Part shown: one piece after another, positions 14,391-24,498 of the stretch
Layout: every line of letters begins with the position of its first letter
Numbering within the stretch: the stretch's first letter is position 1
DNA from: an uncultured Gemmatimonadaceae bacterium
GTDB taxonomy: Bacteria; Gemmatimonadota; Gemmatimonadetes; Gemmatimonadales; Gemmatimonadaceae
Direction of reading: 5' to 3'
Assembly (NCBI GenBank): GCA_963822945.1
Contig: CAWGJO010000039.1
Coordinates: 1-64,000, forward strand
Length of the DNA stretch: 64,000 bases
Notes under the pieces: generated by a model
What the model saw: only the letters and a program-made list of their open reading frames with translations
Databases searched by the model: none
Told to the model about the DNA's origin: nothing
Position numbers and translations under genes: made by a program

Positions 14391-15077
14391 CTACTTGCGC
14401 GTCAACTTCACGCCGCTGATCTGCACGTCGCTGTTGTGGTTGACGCGGAAACCGTACACGCCCGACATGTCCCCCATTGCGCTGCGGGGGAGCGCCGTCA
14501 CCGGCGTGCCGTTGGCCAGAAAGCGGACCGAATCGGCGCCGACCTGGATGGTCAGCTCGTTGGTCGCCTTTCCGGTCGCGTCCTTTGCCTTGATGGCCGA
14601 ATTGGAGGTCCAGTTCACGAGCTTGTGCACGTCGGCGCCGGCGCGGTGGTTGATGAGATAGTCATCCGATCCGCGCACCTCGAAGTACAGGTAGCTCTGC
14701 TTGTCGGCACTGCCCATGTCGCGACCCGCCACCATCAACCCGTACGCCTCGTTGTGTCGGGGGGCCTTGAGCTGCGTGAACGTCGCCGTATAGGTGTAGG
14801 CCGTGTTCGGCACCATGTCCTTGCCGGTCCAGTAGACACCGGCCGGACCGGTGGTGATGTGGAACGTGCCGCTGGATTCCGTGAAGTTCAGATCCTTCAC
14901 CGTCATCTTGTCGAAGCGGTTCGGGTCGAGATACACCTGCCACCCGTCGGGCAGTTGGCCGCTCCCCGCCACCTTCGTCGTGGGATCGGCGTTCATGCCG
15001 CCGCGCTGCGCCGCGGCCGGGGTGGCAAACGGAATCGCGATGGCGATCAGACCGGCAATGAGGACACTTCTCCGCAT
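14391..15077 (-). CDS. Secreted beta-sandwich protein, distantly DUF1080/ConA-like
   Basis: Signal peptide (AAA|Q), beta-rich sequence, EAYGL and GFRVNHN motifs. Confidence 0.7.
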   Translation of the reverse strand: MRRSVLIAGLIAIAIPFATPAAAQRGGMNADPTTKVAGSGQLPDGWQVYLDPNRFDKMTVKDLNFTESSGTFHITTGPAGVYWTGKDMVPNTAYTYTATFTQLKAPRHNEAYGLMVAGRDMGSADKQSYLYFEVRGSDDYLINHRAGADVHKLVNWTSNSAIKAKDATGKATNELTIQVGADSVRFLANGTPVTALPRSAMGDMSGVYGFRVNHNSDVQISGVKLTRK

Positions 15078-15199
15078 GGCAGACTCCGGGATGTTGGGGG
15101 AGAGGAAACGCTTGTCGCCGCACTGGGCCGCCGATCGGCCGGCCGCCCTCCAATGCCAATTATACCCGGCCCCGAGGAAATGGGACCAGATTGGTCCCG

Positions 15200-15778
15200 T
15201 CAGGAATCGGTCAGGATTTCGAGGTCCGCCGGCGTATCCACGTCGGGGGGCATCGGGAAATCGAAATCCACGTACGCCACCCGCGACGGATCGCGCTCCA
15301 CGACTCCCCGCGCCCCATGATCGCCCGAAAGCCGCTCCAGTTCCGGGAACACCGCGCGCGCGAACAGCACCGGCAGTCCCTGGACGCCCTGATAGCGGGG
15401 CGCCACGATCGGAACGTCGTCCCCGCCGAACCGTGCCACGAGCGAGGGGAACACCTCGTCGCGATCGATCGGCTGATCGCCCAGCGCCACGAGCACGGCC
15501 ACGGCGTTGCTCGACACCATGGCGAGGCCGGCCCGCAACGATGAGCTGAGTCCCTGCTCGGGGTGTGGGTTCTCGACGATCGTCACCGGCAGACCGGCGA
15601 GCGCGTGTCGCACGGCGTCGGCGTCGTGGCCCACCACGACGATCGTCTGCTCGGGTCCCGCGGCCACCACGCGGTCCACGCTCGCCCGCACCAGCGGTTC
15701 GCCGCGCACCGGATGCAGCAGCTTCTGCGAGCCGAAGCGGCGCGCCGCGCCCGCCGCGAGTACGAGCGCCGTGATCAT
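15200..15778 (-). CDS. mocA: Molybdenum cofactor cytidylyltransferase-like nucleotidyltransferase
   Basis: LVLAAG..RRFG.QKLL, GLSSSLRAG, LGDQP, GDHGAR, DVDTPAD. Confidence 0.85.
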   Translation of the reverse strand: MITALVLAAGAARRFGSQKLLHPVRGEPLVRASVDRVVAAGPEQTIVVVGHDADAVRHALAGLPVTIVENPHPEQGLSSSLRAGLAMVSSNAVAVLVALGDQPIDRDEVFPSLVARFGGDDVPIVAPRYQGVQGLPVLFARAVFPELERLSGDHGARGVVERDPSRVAYVDFDFPMPPDVDTPADLEILTDS

Positions 15779-15782
15779 CGGC

Positions 15783-16841
15783 TCACGCCGGCGCCGTCTG
15801 CGCCGCCCGGACCGACACCAGTTCGGCGGCGATGCTCACCGCCACCTGTGCCGGCGTGCGTGCGCCGATCTTCACGCCGATCGGCGTGCGGATCCGCGCC
15901 ATCTCCTGCTCCGTGTACCCTTCGCCGGCCAGGAACTCGCGGAGCTTCGCCCCGCGCGTGCGGCTCGACATCAATCCGATGTACCCCACGGGCGCGCGCA
16001 GCACCCGGCGGAGCACCGGAAGCTCGTACTTGTAGTCGTGCGAGACGATGACCACGAAGGTGTCGCCGGTGGCCGGCAGTTCGCCGGCGATGATGCCGGG
16101 GTCGCCCACGCGGAGTTCGTCGGCCTCGGGAAACCGGGCCGCGGTGGCGTAGCGGGCGCGCGCGTCCACGACCACCACGCGCATGCCCAGATCGTGCGCG
16201 ATGCGGGTGAGCACCACGGCCACCTCCCCGGCGCCGAAGATCGCGACGGTGAGCGGCGGGGCGAACGGCTCCACGAAGTAGAGGGTGCCGTCGGTCTCGT
16301 CGCGCAGCACGCCCGGTGCCGTGCCGGCATGGGCGCCGACGAGCGCCGCCACGCGGGCGTCGCGCTCGGCGCTGCCCAGCGTGCCGATACCGGCCTCCCC
16401 AGCGTCGAGCACCAGCCGCGCGCCGTCGCCTTCCAGCGCCCGCACCACCAGCGCTCGGCGTCCGGCGTCCACCGCCCGCTGCGCCGCCGCGTAGGCTTCC
16501 GATGCCGGGTGGCGCTCCGTGCCGCCCGTCACCGGCTCCACCAGCAGCCGCACCGTGCCGCCGCAGCCAAGCCCCAGGTCCCACGCGTCCTCGTCGGCGA
16601 GCGCAATGTCGAGCACTTCGGCACGGTCCGTGGCCAGCACGCGATCCGCCGCCTCCACTGCCCGGGCGTCCAGGCACCCGCCGATCGTGACCGAGCCCAG
16701 GATGCCCCCCGTCTCCCCGACGAACGTCTTGGCGCCGACGATGCTCGACGACGTCCCCTCCGCCGCGATCAGCGTGGCCATCGCCAGGCGCCGCTCGCGC
16801 GCGCGCAGCGCGTTGAACCGGGCGAGCACCTCGGGACTCAT
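15783..16841 (-). CDS. xdhC: XdhC/CoxI family molybdenum hydroxylase maturation factor
   Basis: GSVTIGGC, LGLGCGG, IFGAGEVA, VDAR..YA...RFP, YIGLM.SR, TPIG..IGA.TP..VAVSIAAE. Confidence 0.88.
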   Translation of the reverse strand: MSPEVLARFNALRARERRLAMATLIAAEGTSSSIVGAKTFVGETGGILGSVTIGGCLDARAVEAADRVLATDRAEVLDIALADEDAWDLGLGCGGTVRLLVEPVTGGTERHPASEAYAAAQRAVDAGRRALVVRALEGDGARLVLDAGEAGIGTLGSAERDARVAALVGAHAGTAPGVLRDETDGTLYFVEPFAPPLTVAIFGAGEVAVVLTRIAHDLGMRVVVVDARARYATAARFPEADELRVGDPGIIAGELPATGDTFVVIVSHDYKYELPVLRRVLRAPVGYIGLMSSRTRGAKLREFLAGEGYTEQEMARIRTPIGVKIGARTPAQVAVSIAAELVSVRAAQTAPA

Positions 16842-17599
16842 TCGTCGTCCGGCTCGAGGGCGTCGAGCCACACGCGCCGCACCTCGCTGGCACCCATGGC
16901 ATTCGGTTCGAGCGGCGACCGCCGCCAGTACCAGCGGTTCTTCTGTTCCGCCGCCACCCCGTGTCCCAGAAAGTGCGCGTGCAGATCGGCCAGTCGAACG
17001 CCGGGCGTGCCCGAGGCGAGTTCGCGGATCCGGTCGTTCACCACCGCCAGCCCCTCCAGACGCACCGGCTTCTTCTCGGCATCCACGCCGGGCATCAGCG
17101 CCGAGCCGTCGGAGGGATCGCACAGCGTGGCCAGCAGCAGGGTGGCATTGGGACGCAGGCGGCGAATCGCGTCGACGAGAAATTCGTAGGCATCGGCGAT
17201 GTCGCCCGCCGCCTGGCGCACGATCTCCGCCGTCGGCCGTCGCACGAGCAGGCTCATCACTTCGGTGGCGCCGGCGGTGAGCGTCACCAGTGCCCGGACG
17301 TCGCTCTCCTCCACGGTGGCCAGCTGCTCGCCGAACAGGTCGCCGATCGACGCCCCGTCCTCCACGAGCCGGCGGAAGACGATGTCGGGGCGGACCGTCG
17401 TCAGATCGCGGCCAGCGAACTCGGGCCACCGCTCGTCGTCGTTGGCGTGTAGCAGCGAGGCCGCGCCGAGCGGCGCGATGTCGCCGGCCGCCGTCTCGCG
17501 CTCCAGCGCCACCGCCACACTCGTGGCGCCGGCATCGAGCGCCGGATACAGGTCGCCGGAAAAGGAATCGCCGAAGGCGAGGTACTCTTCAAAGTCCAC
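16838..17599 (-). CDS. SGNH/GDSL hydrolase-like protein
   Basis: C-terminal part of ORF 16838..18421 from GTG 17599: YLAFGDS block I, F.GHG, EPNA.GA at the end. The catalytic DxxH appears degenerate. Confidence 0.7.
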   Translation of the reverse strand: MDFEEYLAFGDSFSGDLYPALDAGATSVAVALERETAAGDIAPLGAASLLHANDDERWPEFAGRDLTTVRPDIVFRRLVEDGASIGDLFGEQLATVEESDVRALVTLTAGATEVMSLLVRRPTAEIVRQAAGDIADAYEFLVDAIRRLRPNATLLLATLCDPSDGSALMPGVDAEKKPVRLEGLAVVNDRIRELASGTPGVRLADLHAHFLGHGVAAEQKNRWYWRRSPLEPNAMGASEVRRVWLDALEPDDE

Positions 17600-17637
17600 G
17601 GTCAGCCCTGCAGGCGCCGAACCGGCGCCGATGGGAG

Positions 17638-18849
17638 TTAGACGTCGGCGACGACGCCGCGCGTGGCGAGAATGCGGGCCACCGTCTCGCCGATCTTGTT
17701 GTTCGGCGTGCTGGCGCCGGCCGTGATGCCCACGCGCAGCGGGCCGTCCGGCAGCCAATCCACGCGATCGGCTTCCACGTGATCGATGCCGACGGCACGG
17801 TAGTGCACCGACCGCAGTTCGGGGTCGATGCCGGTGGCGGAATCGATGTGGTACGTGGGCACCCGCTCGCCGCACAGCGCCGCCAGCGAGATCGTGTTGC
17901 TCGAGTTGAATCCGCCGATCACGACCATCACGTCCAGCGGTTCCTTGAGCAACTCGATCACGGCGTCCTGCCGTTCCTGCGTGGCGCTGCAGATCGTGTC
18001 GAACGTCCGGAAGTCGCTCGCCCGGGCCGCGTCGCCGCGCTCGCGCGCGATCGTCGCGCCCACGGCTTCGGCAATCGCCAGCGACTCGCGCGCCAGCATC
18101 GTCGTCTGGTTGGCCACGCCGATCCGCTGCAGGTGGCGGGCCGGGTCGAACCCCGGGGACACCGCCTCGCGGAAGTGCTCGGTGATCGTGGTCGCGGCCA
18201 CCGTGCCCGCGATGTACCCGCACACGAGCTGCGCCTCCTCCATGTTCCGCACCACGAGATACTGCCCGCCCGGATACTTGCGCACCTGCGACGCGGTGGC
18301 CCGCGTCTCCTCGTGGTAGTACTTGCCGTGAATGAGCGCCGTGAAGCCGTCGCGCGCGTAGCTCTCCACGCGCTTCCACACGTTGAGCACCGAGCCGCAC
18401 GTGGTGTCCACGAGCACGCATCCGATGGCGCGCAGCGCTTCGAAGTCGCCGATCGTCACGCCGAACGCCGGCATGATCACGACGTCCTCCGCCCGCACGC
18501 CGCTGAAATCGAACCCTTCCGGCCCCGGCATCAGGATCTGGATCCCCATCTGGCCGAGCCGCGCGTTCACGTGCGGGTTGTGGATGATCTCGCCCACCAG
18601 GTAGATGCGCTTGTCCGGGAACTTGCGGCGCGTCTGGTAGGCGTACTCCACGGCGCGTTCCACGCCGTAGCAGAATCCGAACTCGCGCGCCAGCTTGATC
18701 GTGACGTTACCCGCCACCAATTCGTATTCGTTGGCACGCAGGTAGTCCACCAGGCGTCCGTCGTAATCGGACGCCAGGTCTCCCTGGACCTCGGTTTTGA
18801 GACCGAATCCCTTCCGGAAGTACGTGGGGACCTCGGAGCGCGCTGCCAT
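17638..18849 (-). CDS. ispH: 4-hydroxy-3-methylbut-2-enyl diphosphate reductase
   Basis: FGFCYGVERA, EIIHNP, DTTC, DTICSATQERQ, GG.NSSNT, GITAGASTP. Confidence 0.96.
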   Translation of the reverse strand: MAARSEVPTYFRKGFGLKTEVQGDLASDYDGRLVDYLRANEYELVAGNVTIKLAREFGFCYGVERAVEYAYQTRRKFPDKRIYLVGEIIHNPHVNARLGQMGIQILMPGPEGFDFSGVRAEDVVIMPAFGVTIGDFEALRAIGCVLVDTTCGSVLNVWKRVESYARDGFTALIHGKYYHEETRATASQVRKYPGGQYLVVRNMEEAQLVCGYIAGTVAATTITEHFREAVSPGFDPARHLQRIGVANQTTMLARESLAIAEAVGATIARERGDAARASDFRTFDTICSATQERQDAVIELLKEPLDVMVVIGGFNSSNTISLAALCGERVPTYHIDSATGIDPELRSVHYRAVGIDHVEADRVDWLPDGPLRVGITAGASTPNNKIGETVARILATRGVVADV

Positions 18850-18943
18850 GCGCTAAATCTAGCGTACCTCGAATGGGGAGGTCTATCTTCAGCCGTCGCC
18901 GCCGGCGCCTGCCCTCCCTGGCCGTCCCCCGCACCACCGTGGA

Positions 18944-20398
18944 ATGAGCGAACACTTCGATCTCGTCGTGATCGGCGCCGGCCCCGCCGGCGAGAAGGGC
19001 GCCGCGCAGGCGGCGTACTTCGGCAAGCGCGTCTGCGTGATCGAACGCGCCCCGAAACCCGGCGGCGCAGCCGTGAACACCGGAACCATTCCCTCCAAGA
19101 CCCTCCGCGAAACCGCCCTCTACTTCAGCGGCTTCCGCCAGCGCGGCCTGTACGGCGTGGATCTCCGGGTGAAGCACGACATCACCATCGGCGACTTCAT
19201 GCGGCGCGAACGCTCGGTAGTGCAGAGCGAGTGGGAACAGATCGACGAGAACCTCAAACGGCACGATATCCACGCGGTCCAGGGAACGGCCCGGTTCGTG
19301 GGGCCGCGGACGATCGACGTGGAACGCTACGGCCAGCCCACGCGCCGCATTACCGGCGACGTCGTCCTCATCGCCACCGGCTCCCATCCGCAACGCCCCG
19401 AGGGATTCGCCATCGACGGCACCGTGGTCGTCGACAGCGACTCGCTGCTCGCAGTGCAGCGCATCCCCGGGCGGATGATCGTGATCGGCGGCGGCATGAT
19501 CGGCTGCGAATACGCCTCCACCTTTGCCGCCCTCGGGGTGAACGTCACCATCATCAACGCCCGCGCGCGCCTCATGTCACACCTGGACACCGAGGTGAGC
19601 GAGGCGCTGCGCCAGCAGATGACCGCCCGGCTCGGCATTTCGGTGCACGTGGACAGCGAGGTCGCCCGGGTCGACACCCACGACGACTACGCCGACGTCA
19701 CGCTCTCCGACGGCACCACCCTGTCCGCCGAATGCGTGCTGTTCTGCGCCGCGCGCAACGGCAACACCGACGGCCTGGGCCTCGCCCAGATCGGCGTCGC
19801 CACCAACGACCGCGGCTTCATCCGCGTGGATCAGCACTTTGCCACCGGTGTCGATGGCGTGTACGCAGCCGGCGACGTCATCGGATTCCCCGGACTCGCG
19901 TCGACCTCCATGGAGCAGGCCCGCGTCGCCGTCTGTCACGCCTTCGACCTGAAGTACAAGCAGCAGGTCGCGTCGCTGCTTCCGTACGGCGTCTGGACCA
20001 TCCCCGAGATCGCGACCGTGGGCGAGACCGAGGAAGCGCTGAAAGCCGCGGGCACCCCCTACGAGATCGGCCGCGCGTCGTACCGGCTCAACGCGCGCGG
20101 GCTCATCCTCGGCGACGTGGACGGCTTCGTGAAGCTGCTCTTCCGCCCGGACGACCAGCGACTGCTGGGCGTCTCGATCGTCGGCGACTCGGCCTGCGAA
20201 CTCATTCACATCGGCTCGGCGTGCATGAGCTTCGGCGGGACGCTCGACTACTTCATCCAGAGCGTGTTCACCTACCCCTCGCTCGCCGAGGCGTACAAGT
20301 ACGCCGCGTACGACGGGCTGCGAGCGCTCGCCCGACGTTACGCGCGCGCCAAGGGGCTGCCGACCAGCGGACCGTACCCGGCGATCTCCGAGAGTTGA
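18944..20398 (+). CDS. sthA: Soluble pyridine nucleotide transhydrogenase
   Basis: GAGPAG, GTIPSKTLRE with no CxxxxC disulfide, GCEYAS, YAAGDVIGFP.LASTSMEQ, YPSLAEAYKYAA. Confidence 0.88.
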   Translation: MSEHFDLVVIGAGPAGEKGAAQAAYFGKRVCVIERAPKPGGAAVNTGTIPSKTLRETALYFSGFRQRGLYGVDLRVKHDITIGDFMRRERSVVQSEWEQIDENLKRHDIHAVQGTARFVGPRTIDVERYGQPTRRITGDVVLIATGSHPQRPEGFAIDGTVVVDSDSLLAVQRIPGRMIVIGGGMIGCEYASTFAALGVNVTIINARARLMSHLDTEVSEALRQQMTARLGISVHVDSEVARVDTHDDYADVTLSDGTTLSAECVLFCAARNGNTDGLGLAQIGVATNDRGFIRVDQHFATGVDGVYAAGDVIGFPGLASTSMEQARVAVCHAFDLKYKQQVASLLPYGVWTIPEIATVGETEEALKAAGTPYEIGRASYRLNARGLILGDVDGFVKLLFRPDDQRLLGVSIVGDSACELIHIGSACMSFGGTLDYFIQSVFTYPSLAEAYKYAAYDGLRALARRYARAKGLPTSGPYPAISES

Positions 20399-20420
20399 GG
20401 CGCCGCGGCCCGCCGGCCCG

Positions 20421-20966
20421 CTACCAGTGCTCCGGTGTCAGGAAGGGGGCGAGCGCGTACGACACCAGCACCTCGTAGGCCTGCTGCCGATCCACGAGGC
20501 CCGAGGTGAGGATCCCCACGGCGCCGGCGCCGCGCTTGGTGTCGTGGGACCCGGTCAACCGGTCCATCGCGTGCCCCAGTTCCAGTCCACCCCGCACCGC
20601 ATCGGCCACCACGCCGGGCAGCGGCATGGCCAACGACCCGCCCACCCCCTGCCGCCCGTCGGTCGACACGATGGCCGCCCAAGCGCAGGTCCGCATCGCG
20701 CCCGTCGCGTCGTTCACCACGCCCCCCTCGATGCCGACGCCCAGATCGGCGCCGTCCGACGCCAGCGCGCCGCGCGCGCGCGCCACCGCCCCGCGAATGG
20801 TCTCCTCGTCGCCCACCGGTTGGTCGCTCACCGACGACGGCACGGCGCGCCCCTCGACCACCGCCTCCAACCCGGCACGCGCGAGCACGGCCCGCACGGC
20901 ATTGATCTTCACGGGGTTGGTGGAGCCGACGACGACGTGGCGAACCGAGGAGAGGGGCGTGGGCAT
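20421..20966 (-). CDS. yjjX: Inosine/xanthosine triphosphatase
   Basis: VGSTNPVKI.AV, VSDQP...EET..GA..RA, GVGIEGG, ELG..MD, GAVGILT.G. Confidence 0.9.
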   Translation of the reverse strand: MPTPLSSVRHVVVGSTNPVKINAVRAVLARAGLEAVVEGRAVPSSVSDQPVGDEETIRGAVARARGALASDGADLGVGIEGGVVNDATGAMRTCAWAAIVSTDGRQGVGGSLAMPLPGVVADAVRGGLELGHAMDRLTGSHDTKRGAGAVGILTSGLVDRQQAYEVLVSYALAPFLTPEHW

Positions 20967-21123
20967 CAGGACGCGGGCTGAGTGGACGGTGGCTACGAGA
21001 AACTGACGGGCAACACCGGCCGGATTCAAGCACCGCTGGCGGCCGCGCAGCTGTTCGCTTGCCCCGGCCGGCCGCGCCACCCATGTTTGTCCGCCCAATC
21101 GGCCTTCGCCTGCGTTCTCGAAC

Positions 21124-21759
21124 GTGACCCTTCCCACTTCCCGCGCCGCCGCGCCGGCCGCCCAAGCCGGCCCCTTCGTGTTCCTGGGTGAACGCCTCTG
21201 GCTCGACTTCGTGAACTCCGAGGTGCCGGCAACCGACGCCGACGCGCTTCACGACTTCGACTCCCTCGTCGCGTGGCTCGAGGTGGCCCGCGTGATCGAC
21301 GCCGACCGCGCGATGGGCATGCGCCGGCGCGCCCAGCAGCAGCCGGCCGGCGCGTCCGCCGCCGTGGTCGACGCGCGCCGCGTGCGCCTGGCGCTCCGCG
21401 CGCTGGCCGAGCGCGGCGCGGCCGATGGGCGGGCTCGCGAAGACGCCGTGGCCGAGATCAATCGCGTGCTCGGCCGGAGTGCCGGCATCCGACGACTCGA
21501 GGCGCACAGTGACGGCTCGTTCACGCGGGCGTTCGTGCCCGAGGGCGACGCCTTCGCCGGGCTGATGATCCCCCTGGTCGAGTCGGCGGCCGACGCGCTG
21601 ATCCGGAACGAATTGGCCCGCGTACGCCGCTGCGCCGATCCGCGCTGCCACCGTGTGTTCTATGACGTCACGCGAAACGGCGGGCGGCGCTGGTGCGACA
21701 TGGCGACCTGCGGCAACCGCGCCAAGGCGGCGCGGCATCGGGCGCGCACGCGCCGCTGA
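21124..21759 (+). CDS. ABATE plus CGNR zinc-finger protein
   Basis: LDFVNS N-terminal motif; C...RC..VFYD.TRN..RRWC.M..CGNRAK. Confidence 0.92.
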   Translation: MTLPTSRAAAPAAQAGPFVFLGERLWLDFVNSEVPATDADALHDFDSLVAWLEVARVIDADRAMGMRRRAQQQPAGASAAVVDARRVRLALRALAERGAADGRAREDAVAEINRVLGRSAGIRRLEAHSDGSFTRAFVPEGDAFAGLMIPLVESAADALIRNELARVRRCADPRCHRVFYDVTRNGGRRWCDMATCGNRAKAARHRARTRR

Positions 21760-21768
21760 CCAGCGGCG

Positions 21769-24450
21769 CTAGCGGCGGCGCCCCGGGCCTCCACGCCGCC
21801 CACCTCCGCCGCCACCGCCCCCGCGCCGCTTCCCGCCGCCCTTCGGCCGCGGGCTGTCCCGGCGCGTCTGCCGCCGTCGCCCGCCCTCCCGCCCCGCACT
21901 TCGCGGCAAGTCGCGCGCTTCGTCCGGGGTGTAGGGGCGGTCGAGCAGTTCCTGCAGTTCGGCGAGCGTCGCCGCGCGCACCGCCCCCCGCTTGCCGCGG
22001 GTAACCACGAACCGGAGCGGCCGATCGAGCGCCGGCAACTCCTCCTCGACGAGCGTCCGCGCCACCTTCTCGGGAATCCGGAGCCGCGCCACCCCGCGCG
22101 GCCCCTCCGGCGTCTCCTCCACGTCATAGTGGATCTCCACCGACTGCCCGCGCACCTCGGTCCGCGACGGCAGACGCCCCAGGCGCGCGCGCTCCTCCGC
22201 GGGCACGAACGCGTCGGGATCGAAGCGCAGGTCGGCGTGGCGGAAATCCTGCATCGACTGCACGCCGCGCAGCGCCCGCTCGTAGAAGGCCGTCAACTCG
22301 GCGAGCCCCAACCGCGCCGTCCGGCCGCCCGAGCGGCGCCAGGCCTCGCGCACGTTCTCGATCGCCGGCTGGTTGCGCCGCACCGCGGGGTGGCGCGACT
22401 CGCCGCGCGCCAGCGCTTCGGCTAAGAGGGCACACGCACGGGGCGCGAGTTCCGCCGGAAAGCGCTCCACCGGTTCGCTGTCGCGTTGCAGTTCGAACCC
22501 GAAGTAGTCCACGCGGCGCACCAGCACCAGCGACCCCTGCTGGCGGCGCGCGTCGTATGCCAGCTCGGGCTCACTCCGCGTGGCGAACTCGCGGATCAGG
22601 TCGGTGGGAATCTGCGTGCCCTCGATGGCCGCTCGGGGCACACCGAACTTGTCGGCGAAGTAGCGCAGCTCCCCGGCCACCGCGCCCCAACTCCCGCACA
22701 CGCTCGTCTTCGACACACGCGCCTCGTCCCCCCATGCCGTGCGCTCGTCGACCACGAGGGTGAACGGCATGAAGCGGGCCAGCAGTTCCTGAAACCGGTG
22801 CAGCGTGGCGTCGCCGGCGCGGGGCATGCGGGTGGGCAGCGGCACCCCCACGGCGCGGTACACGCTGGCCATGCCCAGCGCCGCGTCCTCCACCGCCTTC
22901 ACCAGCACGCCCCGCCGGTCGGCCCACCGTTCGATACTCTCCTCGTCGAACAGGTGGCGCGGCAGTCCGTACACCTCTCCCATGCGTCCGGCGCGGGCGA
23001 AGGCCTCGGCGTAGAGGTTGTAGGCCGTGAGGTGGTCGCTCCCCGGCAGTATCAGCCCGCTCAGGTCACGTTCGTCGCGCGTCATGCGGTGCAGCGACTC
23101 CACCGAACTCATGACGGCGAGGTACGGCAGCAGGTCGTCCTCGGCATTGGCGATCAGCTCCGCCCACGCCCGTTCCACGGGCATCGCCTCCACCGTCCGG
23201 CCGTACACCGTGAGACGCCCCTGGGCCACGATGCCGCGCCGTTCGAGGAGCGCCACCGCGTCGCGATACGCGGTGCGGTCCAGCGGAACCGGCAGCTCCA
23301 GTTCATCGGCCCGCACGCCGAGCGCCGCGCAGGTCATCGCCACCCGTTCGGAGTCGCCGGCGAGCTGGAACTCGGGTTCCGTGGGCCGCAGCGACGCGAA
23401 GTCGATGTCGCGGTCCGACAGGATGTACACCCGGCCCCCGGCTACACGGCCGTGGACCCGCCCCGCCATCTGCAGGATCTGGTTCGCCCCCAGATGCACC
23501 TGCGTCAGCACGTTCCGCCCGCGGTCGATCAGATTGGCGTAGCGCACGTCGTCGATGATCACCGTGTCGAGGCCGTGGATGTTGAGCGCGCTCTGTCCGG
23601 CCGCGGTCATCGCCAGGAAGAACGGCTTGCGCTCACCGCCGTCGAGAAAGGGCCGGATCACGCGGATCGGCTCGCCGCCATGGTAGAACGCCACGTTCAT
23701 GCGCGGCGCGCGTTCCTGCGCCTGCGCCGCCGCCTCCTCCACGCCGCGGCGCGTGGGCACGAACAGCGCCACACCGCGCCGCTGGCGTTGGAACTGCTGG
23801 AGCAGCCGGTAGTCCAGAAAGTCGCGCGACCGCCGGTGCACCACCCGCACGTCGGCCGCCTTCTCGGGGTCGAACGCGTGGACCTGCAGCACGTCGGCGC
23901 TGTTCAGGTAGCGGCTATAGAACGTGGGGTCCACGGTAGCCGAGAGCCACACGAAGCGGCACCCAGCGCGCTTGCCGAGCGCGAGGCAGAGCTCGAGTTC
24001 CGCCGACGTCTGGTGAATCTCGTCCACGACCAGCGTATCGGTGGCCAGAATGTCGCCGTCCTCGAACCAGCGCCGGGCGATCCCGGTGGTCACGATGACC
24101 ACGTTCCAGGTCGGGGTCTCCGGGGTCGCTTCGCGCTCGCGGTTCACCACGCCCACACGCAGTTCGGTGGTGCCGAGCACTTCTTCGGCGATGGGCCGGA
24201 TGGCGAGCGTTTTGCCCGTCCCGGTGCCCGCCACGATCCCGAACCCCTTGCCGTTGCGCGCCAGGTCGCGCACCCGCGCGCCGTAGTGCTGCTCCAGAAA
24301 CGTCTCGAGGTGGAGGCCGAGCGCGATTTCGATCGTCTCACACGCGGCGCGCGTGGGCGCGATGACGATCACACGCCCCGTCGGCGGCTCAGCGCGGACG
24401 AAGGCGTCGTGGTCGGGGGGAAGGGATCGATCGTGGACCGCGCGTGTCAC
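21769..24450 (-). CDS. DExH-box SF2 helicase, divergent HrpA/HrpB-like
   Basis: AGTGTGKT, VVDEIH, LSAT, QMAGRVHGR; HA2-like region (LT.YG..V..MPV); RGG-rich tail. Confidence 0.85.
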   Translation of the reverse strand: MTRAVHDRSLPPDHDAFVRAEPPTGRVIVIAPTRAACETIEIALGLHLETFLEQHYGARVRDLARNGKGFGIVAGTGTGKTLAIRPIAEEVLGTTELRVGVVNREREATPETPTWNVVIVTTGIARRWFEDGDILATDTLVVDEIHQTSAELELCLALGKRAGCRFVWLSATVDPTFYSRYLNSADVLQVHAFDPEKAADVRVVHRRSRDFLDYRLLQQFQRQRRGVALFVPTRRGVEEAAAQAQERAPRMNVAFYHGGEPIRVIRPFLDGGERKPFFLAMTAAGQSALNIHGLDTVIIDDVRYANLIDRGRNVLTQVHLGANQILQMAGRVHGRVAGGRVYILSDRDIDFASLRPTEPEFQLAGDSERVAMTCAALGVRADELELPVPLDRTAYRDAVALLERRGIVAQGRLTVYGRTVEAMPVERAWAELIANAEDDLLPYLAVMSSVESLHRMTRDERDLSGLILPGSDHLTAYNLYAEAFARAGRMGEVYGLPRHLFDEESIERWADRRGVLVKAVEDAALGMASVYRAVGVPLPTRMPRAGDATLHRFQELLARFMPFTLVVDERTAWGDEARVSKTSVCGSWGAVAGELRYFADKFGVPRAAIEGTQIPTDLIREFATRSEPELAYDARRQQGSLVLVRRVDYFGFELQRDSEPVERFPAELAPRACALLAEALARGESRHPAVRRNQPAIENVREAWRRSGGRTARLGLAELTAFYERALRGVQSMQDFRHADLRFDPDAFVPAEERARLGRLPSRTEVRGQSVEIHYDVEETPEGPRGVARLRIPEKVARTLVEEELPALDRPLRFVVTRGKRGAVRAATLAELQELLDRPYTPDEARDLPRSAGREGGRRRQTRRDSPRPKGGGKRRGGGGGGGGRRGGPGRRR

Positions 24451-24498
24451 AGTGGCGGAAGGTGCACGCGGGCACGCTCCGCCGGAACCCCGGCGGCG

